From Gemmatimonadota bacterium (GTDB lineage: Bacteria; Gemmatimonadota; Gemmatimonadetes; JACCXV01; JAHWKZ01), in the NCBI GenBank assembly GCA_035524965.1, contig DATLFH010000082.1, forward strand, positions 18,989 through 82,988: a stretch of DNA of 64,000 nt, written 5' to 3'. Of the stretch, positions 34,021 through 44,782 are shown one piece after another. Every line of letters begins with the position of its first letter. The stretch's first letter is position 1. The notes under the pieces are model-generated. The model was not told where the DNA came from, ran no database searches, and saw only the letters and a list, made by a program, of their open reading frames with translations. The position numbers and the translations under genes are program-made.

Positions 34021-34959
34021 ATGGCCAAGGCCCGCGAGATCAAGCGCCGGATCCGCTCCATCGAGAACACCCGGCAGATCACCAAGACGATGGAGATGGT
34101 GGCGGCGTCCAAGCTCAAGCGGGCGCAGGACCGGGTCGTCGCCGCGCGTCCGTTCGACGAGTTCATGCGCCAGGTGATCGCCCAGGTCCGGGAAGGGGCG
34201 CGCGAGGAAGCGGGCGAGTTCCCGCTCCTCAGGGACGAGCCGGGGACCGGTCGGGCAGGGATCCTGACGGTGACCTCCAACCGCGGCCTGGCCGGCGCCT
34301 TCAACGCGAACCTGGGCCGCGAAACCCGCCGCCTCATCGAGCGCCTGAAGGCGGAGGGCAAGACGGTCGAGCTCCACGTCATCGGCAAAAAAGGGGCGGC
34401 GATGCTCCGCTACCAGGGCCACCCGCCCGACCGCGTCATCATCGACCTTTCCGACCGGCCCTCCTACCAGGAGGCCGACGAGGTCGCCACTCCCTTGATC
34501 GACGCGTTCACCGACCGGCGGCTGGACGAGGTCCACGTGGTGTACTCCCTTTTCAAGACCCCGGTCGAGCAACGCCCGGTCGCCGTGCAGATCCTTCCGC
34601 TGCCGACGGAAGAGGAGATCGAAGAAGAGGGATCGAAGGGCGGCCGTCCGGTTTCCCAGCCTCGCCGCGAGACCGAGCGGGAGAAGGCCGGCTACGAGCC
34701 GATCTACGAGTTCCTCCCGTCCTCAGGGGCGATCCTCCACCGGCTCCTGCCCCTCTTTCTCCGCTACGGTGTCTACCGGGCGGTGATCGAGAGCGCCGCC
34801 AGCGAGCACGGCGCCCGCCGCACGGCGATGAAGAACGCGACCGACAACGCGCAGGAGATCATCCGCACGCTCACGCGCTCATACAACCGGGCGCGTCAGG
34901 CCCAGATCACCCAGGAGATCGCCGAGCTGGTGGGCGGCGCCGAGGCGCTCAAAGGATGA
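34021..34959 (+). CDS. atpG: F0F1 ATP synthase subunit gamma
   Basis: Conserved N- and C-terminal helices (MAKAREIKRRIRSIENTRQITKTMEMVAASKL...ITQEIAELVGGAEAL). Confidence 0.9.
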   Translation: MAKAREIKRRIRSIENTRQITKTMEMVAASKLKRAQDRVVAARPFDEFMRQVIAQVREGAREEAGEFPLLRDEPGTGRAGILTVTSNRGLAGAFNANLGRETRRLIERLKAEGKTVELHVIGKKGAAMLRYQGHPPDRVIIDLSDRPSYQEADEVATPLIDAFTDRRLDEVHVVYSLFKTPVEQRPVAVQILPLPTEEEIEEEGSKGGRPVSQPRRETEREKAGYEPIYEFLPSSGAILHRLLPLFLRYGVYRAVIESAASEHGARRTAMKNATDNAQEIIRTLTRSYNRARQAQITQEIAELVGGAEALKG

Positions 34960-35025
34960 AGCACGGTCCCGTTCCCGAAGCCCGGCTCGCCGACACACCC
35001 CAGGGCAGAGACCGGTCCACGGTAG

Positions 35026-36516
<1,491 letters not shown>

Positions 36517-36539
36517 ACGCCGTCGAGGGACGAACGATG

Positions 36540-36983
36540 GTGGAGACGAGAACCGAGGGGGCGGCCGCCCGCGGGGCGGGCGAGGCGGGCGGCAGGCTCC
36601 ACGTCCGGATCATCACCCCCGAGCGGATCGCCTACGAGGGCGGGGCCGACGGGGTCGTGGCGACCGCCTACGACGGCGAGTTCGGGATCCTACCCCGCCA
36701 CGCGCCGATGATGGTCGTCCTTGGGATCGGCGAGTTCCGGCTCCGGCACGGCGACCGCTACGAGTGGTTCGCGATCGGCGAGGGGTTTCTGCACGTGCTG
36801 GACGACGTCGTCACGGTCCTAACCCCCTACGCCGAGTCGGCCCGCGAGATCGGCGTCGAGACCGCCCGCCGGCTCGAGATGACCGCCGCCGAGAACCCCC
36901 TCCTCCATGGGACGATCCTGGGGGAGGAGCAGCGCCGACGCCTCGGCGCGATCCGCGAGCGGGTGGCCAGGAAGGCCCGCTAA
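36540..36983 (+). CDS. atpC: F0F1 ATP synthase subunit epsilon (about 20-aa N-terminal extension)
   Basis: Epsilon core starts around LHVRIITPE. ATG at 36540 gives a Gly/Ala-rich extension. Confidence 0.8.
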   Translation: METRTEGAAARGAGEAGGRLHVRIITPERIAYEGGADGVVATAYDGEFGILPRHAPMMVVLGIGEFRLRHGDRYEWFAIGEGFLHVLDDVVTVLTPYAESAREIGVETARRLEMTAAENPLLHGTILGEEQRRRLGAIRERVARKAR

Positions 36984-37134
36984 TTCCGGCGGTCCAGCTC
37001 CAGCCTCAGCCCCGGGATACAAATGTGGATAGATGTGGAAAATTTGAGGCGCCGTCCCGTTTACTACCTTGCAATGTGTTACTATGAAATGACTTAGCAT
37101 GCAGATGGCCGAATCCGCGTCACCCCCCGCCAAT

Positions 37135-37644
37135 TCACAAATTTCGGGCGCTCTCGGATTCCTTCTTCAAGGACCGGACGACACTTTCGTCCCTCGTTTC
37201 CGGAACGAGCTCTTCCGGCCCGCGCTCGCCGGAGCCCACCCGCAAGCGGGCCTCGTCGGCCTGTGTGAACTCCATCCGACAGCTCCCCTCGAAGAACACG
37301 CCCGGCTCGATCACGAAGGAGCGGGTCAGGACGTCGCCTTCCAGCCGGGCCCCCTTCTGGAGCTCGACCTGCTCGGTGCCCAGAACCTCCCCCTTGAACC
37401 GCCCGCCGATGACGACCGACCGGCCGCAGGCGGTCCCGCTGAACGAGCCCGCCTGCCCGATGATCAGCGTTTCCCCGACCTCGAGACGCCCCCGGAAGGC
37501 GCCGTCCAACCTGAGCGTGCCCTCGACGCGGGCGGTCCCCTCGCACTCGACCCCCGTCCCCAACAGCGAGCTCAGTCCGTTGCTCGTCCCCTCCCGCCTG
37601 GACATCGTGTCCTCCTCTGGCTCTGGTCTGAATCCCCGGATCAT
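37135..37644 (-). CDS. bactofilin (polymer-forming cytoskeletal protein, DUF583)
   Basis: Repetitive beta-helical pattern (GTLRLDGAFRGRLEVGETLIIGQAGSFSGTACGRSVVIGGRFKGEVLGTEQVELQKGARLEGDVL). ATG overlaps the TGA of the M23 gene. Confidence 0.8.
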   Translation of the reverse strand: MIRGFRPEPEEDTMSRREGTSNGLSSLLGTGVECEGTARVEGTLRLDGAFRGRLEVGETLIIGQAGSFSGTACGRSVVIGGRFKGEVLGTEQVELQKGARLEGDVLTRSFVIEPGVFFEGSCRMEFTQADEARLRVGSGERGPEELVPETRDESVVRSLKKESESARNL

Positions 37645-38450
37645 GGAAGGTAGGGCGCGGGGTCGATCGGCAGCCCGCCTCGACGCACCTCGTAATGGAG
37701 ATGCGGGATGTCGGATCGACCGCTGCTGCCGCTGGAGGCGATCGTCTCGCCGCGCTCCACGGCTTCCCCCCGTTCGACCCGCACGCGCGCATTGTGCGCA
37801 TACATCGTTTCGGTCCCGCCGCCGTGGGACAGGACTACGAAGTGCCCCAGAGCCTGGTCGTACCCCGTCTGCTTCACCGTGCCGGACCCGGTCGCCTGCA
37901 CGGCGGTCCCCGCCGGCGCGGCGATGTCGATCCCGGGGTGGCCGTCGATTCCCGTAAACCGCGCGTGGACCGTCCCCCGGATCGAGAGCGGCCAGCCCGA
38001 GGGGTCAGTCCCGCTTGCCGGCCGGGGCCCCGGCGCGGAGGCGATCGGCTCGATTCGCGCCGCGGAGGCGGTCGGATCGACCCGCGGGGCGGCCGCCGAT
38101 CCGACCGCTATCCCCGTCTCCTCCGTTCCCTTCCGTGGGATCTCAGGCATCGACAGCCCGGCCAGGAGACGAATCTGACGGTACGCCTCCTCGGTCCGCT
38201 CGAGGTTGGCCTGGAGCTCATGGATCTTCTCGTTCTCCGCCGCCAGACGTGCGTTTTCCAGTTCCAGCAGGTCGGTACGGATCGCGCGCGCCGTCAACCG
38301 CCCATATGCCAGGATCGCCGCCCCCGCGAGGAGTCCCACCGCCAACAGGCTGATCCCGGCCGTCCGCAGCCCCCGGTAAGAGAGCCGGAGCCGCCGGACC
38401 CCCCGTTCGTCGTGGGGCACCATCAGCAAGGTCAGGTATTTTTCGCTCAT
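37641..38450 (-). CDS. M23 family metallopeptidase with N-terminal TM and coiled coil
   Basis: HPGIDI (HxxxD) and PHLHYEV (HxH) motifs, intact and apparently catalytic. ATGA overlap with parB upstream and bactofilin downstream. Confidence 0.75.
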   Translation of the reverse strand: MSEKYLTLLMVPHDERGVRRLRLSYRGLRTAGISLLAVGLLAGAAILAYGRLTARAIRTDLLELENARLAAENEKIHELQANLERTEEAYRQIRLLAGLSMPEIPRKGTEETGIAVGSAAAPRVDPTASAARIEPIASAPGPRPASGTDPSGWPLSIRGTVHARFTGIDGHPGIDIAAPAGTAVQATGSGTVKQTGYDQALGHFVVLSHGGGTETMYAHNARVRVERGEAVERGETIASSGSSGRSDIPHLHYEVRRGGLPIDPAPYLP

Positions 38451-39322
38451 CGGGAAACGCGCTGGAGCCTCTCGACGATCCGCTCGAGATCCTCGAAGGA
38501 GTAGAACGCGACCTCGATCCGGCCCCTCCCCCTGGCCGTTGCACGAATCGTGACGCGGGTTCCGAGCTGCCGTTGCAGGTCCTCCTCCATCCTCTGGCGC
38601 TCGAGATCCTGCGACCTTGCGGCTGCGGGCCGTTTCCCGCCCCGGTCGCTGTTTTCCCGCCGAACGAGGCGCTCCGTCTGGCGGACTGACAACCCCCCCC
38701 GGGACGCCTTCCGGGCCAGCGCGACGAGGCGGCGCCGGTCGGCGAGGCCGAGCAAGGCCCTCCCGTGTCCCGCGCTCAGCGCCCGTTGACGGATCATCGC
38801 CCGCACTTCCTCGGACAGGTCGAGGAGCCGGAGCGCATTCGCGATCGCCGGCCGGCTCTTTCCGACCCGCTCGGCCACGTCGCCCTGGGTCAGGTCGAAC
38901 TCCTGGATCAGCCGTGCATACCCGGCCGCTTCCTCGATCGGATCCAGGTCCTCGCGCTGCAGGTTCTCGATGAGGGCGAACTCCAGCAGCTCGCGATCGT
39001 CCACCTCACGCACGAGCGCCGGCACTTCCGCCAGCCCCGACAGGCGCGCGGCGCGCCACCGCCGTTCCCCCGAGACGAGCTCATACTCCCCATCCTCGCG
39101 CGGCATCACGATCACGGGCTGCAGGACTCCGACTTGGGCGATCGATGCGGCGAGCTCGGCGAGCCCCTCGTCGTCGAACGCCCCACGGGGCTGGAACCGG
39201 TTGGGAACGATCCGCGAGACATCGATCTGCTCGACGCCCCTCTCGGCACCCCGTGCGGCTTCGACCGCCGACTCGCCTAGCAGGGCGCCCAAGCCCTTTC
39301 CGAGTCGCTTTCTCGAGCTCAC
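38447..39322 (-). CDS. parB: chromosome partitioning protein ParB
   Basis: ParB box (GERRWRAA), HTH and C-terminal dimerisation region. GTG start overlaps the parA TGA. Confidence 0.9.
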   Translation of the reverse strand: MSSRKRLGKGLGALLGESAVEAARGAERGVEQIDVSRIVPNRFQPRGAFDDEGLAELAASIAQVGVLQPVIVMPREDGEYELVSGERRWRAARLSGLAEVPALVREVDDRELLEFALIENLQREDLDPIEEAAGYARLIQEFDLTQGDVAERVGKSRPAIANALRLLDLSEEVRAMIRQRALSAGHGRALLGLADRRRLVALARKASRGGLSVRQTERLVRRENSDRGGKRPAAARSQDLERQRMEEDLQRQLGTRVTIRATARGRGRIEVAFYSFEDLERIVERLQRVSR

Positions 39323-40272
39323 TGGGCGATCAGCTCCTCCGCGAGATTCATGTAACCCACCGCGCCGGCCGACAGGATATCGTAGAGGATGACGGGCTTT
39401 CCGAAGCTCGGCGCCTCGGAGAGCCGCACATTACGGGGAATGACGGTATCGTACACTTTCTCGCCGAAATACTCAACCGCCTCCTCCTCCACCTGCCGGG
39501 CCAGGTTGAGGCGCGCGTCGTACATCGTGAGCAGGACGCCTTCGATGGAGAGTCGCGGGTTGAGCTTCTTCTGGACGATGCGGATCGTGCCCAGAAGCTG
39601 CGAGAGCCCTTCCAGGGCGTAGTATTCGCACTGGATCGGTATGAGGACGGAGTCGACCGCCGTCAAGGCGTTGACCGTCAGCAGTCCGAGCGAGGGGGGG
39701 CAGTCGACGAAGATGAAGTCGTACCCGCTCCGGTGGCCATCGAGCGCGGCCTCGAGGCGGTGCTCGCGCCCGATCGCGCTGACCAGCTCGACCTCGGCTC
39801 CGAAGAGATCGACGTTGGCGGGAGCGAGGTCGAGGAACGCGATCGAAGTCGGCAGGATCGCCTCGGCGAGGGGGACGTCGTTGACGATGACGTCGTAGAC
39901 GCTGGTCCGCAGCGACTCCTTGGCGATCCCAAGCCCGCTCGAGGCGTTCCCCTGCGGGTCCAGATCGATGAGGAGGGTTCGTTTCTCGGCCGCGGCCAGG
40001 CAGGCGGCAAGGTTGACCGCGGTCGTCGTCTTGCCGACTCCCCCCTTCTGGTTGGCGATCGCGATGACGCGGGCGCTCGGAGAAGCTACGCGAATTTCCG
40101 CCGGTGCTGTTTCACGTGAAACGTCCGGGGGCGAGGCGGATGAATCGGGCCGCCCGGCATCCGCCCGCGTGACGGGCGGATCGGCGGCGAAAACCCGATC
40201 CAGCTCGTCCCCGTCCCTCCGCACGGGCGCCGGTCCATCCTTCCCCCGTTCCCGCCCGCGACCCTTCGTCAT
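39319..40272 (-). CDS. parA: chromosome partitioning ATPase ParA/Soj (with Arg-rich N-terminal extension)
   Basis: Deviant Walker A ([18 protein letters not shown]). The first in-frame canonical start is ATG at 40272; no ATG/GTG/TTG lies closer to the Walker A. The 969-aa ORF in the track is a read-through artefact. Confidence 0.8.
   Translation of the reverse strand: MTKGRGRERGKDGPAPVRRDGDELDRVFAADPPVTRADAGRPDSSASPPDVSRETAPAEIRVASPSARVIAIANQKGGVGKTTTAVNLAACLAAAEKRTLLIDLDPQGNASSGLGIAKESLRTSVYDVIVNDVPLAEAILPTSIAFLDLAPANVDLFGAEVELVSAIGREHRLEAALDGHRSGYDFIFVDCPPSLGLLTVNALTAVDSVLIPIQCEYYALEGLSQLLGTIRIVQKKLNPRLSIEGVLLTMYDARLNLARQVEEEAVEYFGEKVYDTVIPRNVRLSEAPSFGKPVILYDILSAGAVGYMNLAEELIAQ
40108..40123. 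promoter_or_regulatory. parS centromere-like site (TGTTTCACGTGAAACG)
   Basis: 15/16 match to the TGTTTCACGTGAAACA consensus. It is palindromic and the only such site in the window. It lies in the parA 5' region. Confidence 0.7.
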
Positions 40273-40424
40273 CGAGCCCCGGCGGGGGGTCGACCCGGCA
40301 GGTCGAACGCGAGTCTCCCCGCTCGGCGAGTGGTCCGTCGTCGTACTATCCTCGAGGAAAAAGGTCGGCGTCGCCCGCTCTCCAAAACCCGCAATGTGCG
40401 CGACCCCTCCCGGAACCGCAAGCT

Positions 40425-42095
40425 TCAGCCGGGTGTCGCCCCAGATGCCGCTTCGGCGGCTTCCCTCTGTACGGACCGGTGAAGCCACCATTGTTGAATA
40501 AATGTGAGCAGATTCGAGAAGGTATAGTAAAGCACAAGACCCGCGGCCAGGGTCAGAAAGACGAACGTCAGGACGATCGGCATCAGGTACGTCATCGCCG
40601 CCATCCGTGGATCGGTCGCGGTCAGCTTGGACGAAGCCATCATCGTAAGCCCCATCAGGATCGGCAGGATGTAGAGCGGGTCCGGCTGGGAAAGATCCGG
40701 CAGCCAGAGGAACGCCTGACCGCGGAACTCGATGGTACCCTGGAACACGAAGAAGAGAGCGAAAAGGATCGGCATCGGAATCAGGTTCGGGAGGCAGCCT
40801 CCCAGCGGGTTGACCTTCTTCTCCCGGTAGAGCCGCATCGTCTCCTGCTGCATCCGTTGCGGATCGTTCTTGTATTGGTCGCGGAGCTGCTGGATTTCCG
40901 GCTGGAGCTCCTGCATCGCGCGGATCGAGTGATACGATTTCGTGGTCAGCGGCCACATCACGAGCCGCACGAGGAGGCCGAAGACGATGAGCACGATCCC
41001 ATAGCTGGGGATGAACTGGTGGAGCCAGAGCATCACGATCACGATCCCCTTGGCGAACGGCGTGATCATCCACCGGATCCAGGACCAGCCGTATTCGTTG
41101 ACGTCGTCGAGACCTTCGTTCAGGGTCGCCAGCCGGCGATACTCCTGCGGGCCGAGGTAGATCCGGTACGCCCCCTTGCCGGCTTCGATCGGCGAGCCGA
41201 CGATGATCTCGAAGGACGGAAGGGTGTCGCTGGCGACGCCGGCGATCGTCGTCGCGGAGAGCGGCGGACCCTGAGGCGGGGCGAGGACCATCGCCAGGAA
41301 GTACTTGTTCCGCAGCCCCGCCCAATCGATCGGCCCGCCGAGCGCCAGGGCCTCGCCGCCATCGACGTCCTTCGCCTGCCGGGTCACGATCTCGCCCCCC
41401 ACCCGGGCCACCGCCCGAAGCTGGCCATAGTCCTCGCGGGGGTTCTTCTCGTTGGATTGCAGCCGGGGCGCGATCCCGGTCACCAGGACGCCGTCGACCG
41501 GGGTGCCGAGATCGAGCTGGTAGTCGACCGCGTAATCCTCGGGATCGAACCGGTAGCTCTGCACGATCCGCCCGCCGTCCAGGTCGGCGGTGAGCGTCAA
41601 CGTCCGCGCGGAATCGCCCTCGACCAGTCGGATCGACGAGGGGCTGGCAACGAAGTCGAGCGAGTGGATCGGGACCCGCCGGTCGTCCAGGTCGGCCGCC
41701 CGGCGGAGGAAATCGGCATCGGGGGGAACCAGCTCCACCGGACCGGGAGCGGTGAAGGACGGGTACCGAATCAGGGAGGCCTGCCGGATCCCGCCTCCCC
41801 GGGGATCGATCGAAAGGCGGTAGAGCGGGGTTTCCACGATGACCGCTGCCGGACGGACGGACGGCGGCCCCGTCTCGGGCATCCCGTCCACCGGTTCCGC
41901 GGGCAGACCGGCTCCCGGCGGCTGGAGGGCCGGCGTTTCCCGGGCCTCCCGCCCGACGGGGCGGCCGGGCGCGGTCGTGTCCGCCGGCGCCACGGGCTCC
42001 GGGGGTGGGGTCATCCGGCTGTACCACCACTGGCTCGCCACCAGAACGACCGCCATCAGGACGAAGGCGAGGAGGACCCGCTTCTGATCCGTCAT
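40425..42095 (-). CDS. yidC: membrane protein insertase YidC
   Basis: N-terminal TM, large periplasmic domain and C-terminal 5-TM core ([15 protein letters not shown]). Confidence 0.9.
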   Translation of the reverse strand: MTDQKRVLLAFVLMAVVLVASQWWYSRMTPPPEPVAPADTTAPGRPVGREARETPALQPPGAGLPAEPVDGMPETGPPSVRPAAVIVETPLYRLSIDPRGGGIRQASLIRYPSFTAPGPVELVPPDADFLRRAADLDDRRVPIHSLDFVASPSSIRLVEGDSARTLTLTADLDGGRIVQSYRFDPEDYAVDYQLDLGTPVDGVLVTGIAPRLQSNEKNPREDYGQLRAVARVGGEIVTRQAKDVDGGEALALGGPIDWAGLRNKYFLAMVLAPPQGPPLSATTIAGVASDTLPSFEIIVGSPIEAGKGAYRIYLGPQEYRRLATLNEGLDDVNEYGWSWIRWMITPFAKGIVIVMLWLHQFIPSYGIVLIVFGLLVRLVMWPLTTKSYHSIRAMQELQPEIQQLRDQYKNDPQRMQQETMRLYREKKVNPLGGCLPNLIPMPILFALFFVFQGTIEFRGQAFLWLPDLSQPDPLYILPILMGLTMMASSKLTATDPRMAAMTYLMPIVLTFVFLTLAAGLVLYYTFSNLLTFIQQWWLHRSVQREAAEAASGATPG

Positions 42096-42322
42096 ACCCC
42101 TCGGGCGTCCGCCGGTGGTGGCACCGGGTCATAGCCTCCCGGTCGCCAGGGATGGCACCGCAGGATTCGCCGTGCCGCGAGGCCCGCGCCGCGCGCAATC
42201 CCGTGCAACTCGATCGCCTCGAGCGCATAGGTCGAGCACGAGGGGGTGTACCGGCAGGGGGACGGAAACCACGCGGTCGCGACCTGGTAGGCCCGTATCA
42301 GGACGGTGAGGATCGCCTTCAC
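42092..42322 (-). CDS. yidD: membrane protein insertion efficiency factor YidD
   Basis: [19 protein letters not shown] signature. ATGA overlap with yidC. Confidence 0.8.
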   Translation of the reverse strand: MKAILTVLIRAYQVATAWFPSPCRYTPSCSTYALEAIELHGIARGAGLAARRILRCHPWRPGGYDPVPPPADARGV

Positions 42323-42654
42323 GACTCCACCCGCTCCGCCAGGTCGGCCAGTGCCGATGACAGCCCGGCGTGGCTCAGGTCGTAAGCCGCGGGCCGAGCA
42401 CGCACCAGGTAATCGAGTGGCTCCGGCCGCGCGAGAAGGGTCGCGCGCATCAGCTCCTTGATCCTTCGCCGGAGACGGTTCCGCCGGACGGCGGTGCGGC
42501 CGAACTTCGGGGTGATGCAGGTCGCACGCGACCGGGAACGAGCCGCGGGTCGCCAGTAGAGCTCGAGCGCGGGCCCGGTCACACGGCGGCCACCCAGCAG
42601 GTACGCGATCTCCCGGCGCGTCGTGATGCGGCGATCCCGGGGGAGCTGTCCCAC
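42319..42654 (-). CDS. rnpA: ribonuclease P protein component
   Basis: Basic about 110-aa protein (TPKFGRTAVRRNRLRRRIKE). GTG at 42654 proposed, positioned just after rpmH. Confidence 0.7.
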   Translation of the reverse strand: MGQLPRDRRITTRREIAYLLGGRRVTGPALELYWRPAARSRSRATCITPKFGRTAVRRNRLRRRIKELMRATLLARPEPLDYLVRARPAAYDLSHAGLSSALADLAERVES

Positions 42655-42683
42655 CGGCTCCTCGCCTGCCCTGGCGCCTTCGA

Positions 42684-42845
42684 CTACTGCCGCTTCCGGA
42701 CGAACTCCGCCGAGACGGTGAGCTTCGCGCGTCCCTTCCGGCGGCGTCGCGCCAGGATCTTGCGCCCGTTGCGGGTTTTCATGCGAGCGCGGAATCCGTG
42801 TTTGTTGCGGCGCCTGCGCCGGCTCGGCTGATACGTGCGCTTCAT
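42684..42845 (-). CDS. rpmH: 50S ribosomal protein L34
   Basis: [44 protein letters not shown]. Confidence 0.85.
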   Translation of the reverse strand: MKRTYQPSRRRRRNKHGFRARMKTRNGRKILARRRRKGRAKLTVSAEFVRKRQ

Positions 42846-43004
42846 CCGATCTCCGCGATGGAATCGATGGAATAATGATTCTATGCCCGGGAAAAGCCGG
42901 GAAAGCAACCGGAAAAGGAAGGTGAATATAGGATTTGCGCCCGCGAGGCGTCAACCGGCGAGCGGTCCGCTGGAACCGTCTGGATGGAAGCTTTGTCGCC
43001 ACTG

Positions 43005-43033
43005 TTGACAGTCCACCGACCGCTCGCTACTAT
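43005..43033 (+). promoter_or_regulatory. candidate sigma-70 promoter for dnaA (TTGACA-17 bp-TACTAT)
   Basis: Perfect -35 TTGACA at 43005..43010 and -10 TACTAT at 43028..43033 with a 17-bp spacer, about 65 nt upstream of the proposed dnaA start. Confidence 0.45.
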
Positions 43034-43099
43034 GATTTCCCTCTCGACCGCTTCGCACAATTCCAGCTCGCCATTCCCAGCCCTGCGGAGCTCACCGGG

Positions 43100-44497
43100 T
43101 TGCACTCTGCCGAATTGACCGCGCCCGAAGTGTGGTCGCTGATCCTCGCCGAGACGAAGAAAGTCGTTAGCAGTCACACCTTCAGCACTTGGCTCGAGCC
43201 CACTGAAGCGCTGGCGCTTTCCCAGGATCAGCTCCTCGTCGTTGCGAAGAACCAGTTCGCGGCGGACTACATAGACGGGCAGTACGGCGAGACGCTCGCC
43301 AGTATTGCGGAGAGCCTGTTCGGAAATGAACTCGCGATCGCCTTTCAGTCGGCCGCCCCGGACGAGTCTCCGGAAACGCCGGATCGCGGCGTGCCCTCCG
43401 ACGACATCGCGCGCCCCGCGGGCCCGGTCGCGCCCGGCGAGAGGGGCCGACTCGCGGGGAATCGCCCGGCGTATCTCGGGCTCCCGCTCAACGAACGCTA
43501 CGTATTCGATACGTTCGTGGTCGGCAACTCGAACCAATACGCTCACGCGGCATCGATCGCGGTAGCGGAGAGGCCCGGACAGGCGTTCAACCCCCTCTTC
43601 ATCTACGGTGGAGTAGGTCTTGGCAAGACGCATCTCATGCAGGCGATCGGGCATGAGATCCTGTCCTCCGCCAAGCTCGGACGCGTCTGCTATATGTCCG
43701 CCGAGACCTTCATGAACCAGATGATCGAGGCGTTGCAGTTCGGAAAGACGCTCGAGTTCCGCAACAAGTACCGCCGGGTGGACCTGCTGCTGATCGATGA
43801 TGTGCAGTTCCTGCAGGGGAAGGACGCGACCCAGGAGGAGTTCTTTCACACCTTCAACGCCCTCTATGACGCGCACAAGCAGATCATCCTCACCAGCGAC
43901 CGGCAGGCGAAGGAGATCCCGACCCTTGAGGAGCGTCTCGTCTCCCGCTTCGAGTGGGGGCTGGTCGTCGATATCAAGCCGCCCGATCTCGAGACGCGCA
44001 TCGCCATCCTCCAGCACAAGGCCGGCCGCAACAGTCTGGAGCTCCCCCAGGAGGTGCTCCTTTTCATCGCCAGCAACGTCAAGTCGAACGTGCGGGAGCT
44101 CGAGGGTTCGCTCGTCCGGCTGATCGCTGCCTCGAGCCTCAACGGTCTGGACATCACGATCGAGCTCGCGGAGGAAGTCCTCAAGAACATCCTCACGACC
44201 GAGATCCGACGCGTGACCGTGGACCGGATCCAGCACGAGGTCGCCAGCGAGTACGATGTGACGATCGAAGGGCTGAAATCGAGGCGGCGGACCAGGACCT
44301 TGACGGTCCCCCGTCAAGTGGGGATGTACCTCTGTCGCCAGCTCACCGATCTTCCGCTGGTCGAAATCGGACAGGCGTTCGGGGGGCGTGACCACACCAC
44401 CGTCATCCACGCCTGTGACAAAGTCGAGCATGAGATCCAGGACGATCGCGGCATCCGGATGCGGATCGATGCCCTGCGCGATCGGATCGCCTCTTGA
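43100..44497 (+). CDS. dnaA: chromosomal replication initiator protein DnaA
   Basis: AAA+ Walker A (GGVGLGKTHL), Walker B (LLIDDVQF) and C-terminal DnaA-box-binding HTH. TTG at 43100 with GGAG 9 nt upstream is proposed as the start; the track ORF begins at 42935 within the promoter region. Confidence 0.85.
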   Translation: MHSAELTAPEVWSLILAETKKVVSSHTFSTWLEPTEALALSQDQLLVVAKNQFAADYIDGQYGETLASIAESLFGNELAIAFQSAAPDESPETPDRGVPSDDIARPAGPVAPGERGRLAGNRPAYLGLPLNERYVFDTFVVGNSNQYAHAASIAVAERPGQAFNPLFIYGGVGLGKTHLMQAIGHEILSSAKLGRVCYMSAETFMNQMIEALQFGKTLEFRNKYRRVDLLLIDDVQFLQGKDATQEEFFHTFNALYDAHKQIILTSDRQAKEIPTLEERLVSRFEWGLVVDIKPPDLETRIAILQHKAGRNSLELPQEVLLFIASNVKSNVRELEGSLVRLIAASSLNGLDITIELAEEVLKNILTTEIRRVTVDRIQHEVASEYDVTIEGLKSRRRTRTLTVPRQVGMYLCRQLTDLPLVEIGQAFGGRDHTTVIHACDKVEHEIQDDRGIRMRIDALRDRIAS

Positions 44498-44782
44498 GGA
44501 CCGCCGCTGTTTTCGCGCGTCGTCCGTGTGGGGAAATCCTGGGGACGTGCGTGCAAAAAGCGGAGCTTCCGGGTCCGCCGCTGCGTCTTTCCTCAATGGT
44601 CGGGGTTTCATCCCCACGCTGCCGGCGGCGTCGAGTGACGCGAAGAACAGCGTCGGAACAGCGCGAGCGTCCCTTATCCGGGTGGCTTTCCACAAATTCA
44701 CGGTTCCTACTATTACTACTAGTTTTCTATTTCACAGGTAGCAGAACGGTTTCTCGCTGGGGATATCCTCGCCGGAGGTAGG
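44498..44782. promoter_or_regulatory. candidate oriC: dnaA-dnaN intergenic region with degenerate DnaA boxes and an AT-rich DNA unwinding element
   Basis: DnaA-box-like 9-mers (TTATCCGGG, cTTTCCACA, TGTGGGGAA, TCATCCCCA) and the AT-rich stretch ttcctactattactactagttttctatttcac at 44705..44737. Confidence 0.45.

Noticed and set aside
37099-37653. 184-aa plus-strand ORF (MQMAESASPPANSQ...) starting in the AT-rich island
   Set aside because: It is entirely antisense to the well-supported bactofilin gene and has proline-rich low-complexity translation. It is likely spurious. The AT-rich start region is better explained as a regulatory or DnaA-box island.
40075-40272. Shorter parA starting just upstream of the Walker A box
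   Set aside because: No ATG, GTG or TTG exists in frame between the parS site and the Walker A. The feature is kept with ATG 40272, but the alternative non-canonical start is flagged as a finding.
39319-42228. 969-aa ORF that appears to fuse parA with a large upstream region
   Set aside because: Only the C-terminal 317 aa is ParA. The upstream portion is an open frame running antisense and out of frame through yidC, with nonsense composition. yidC on the same strand in another frame is well supported.
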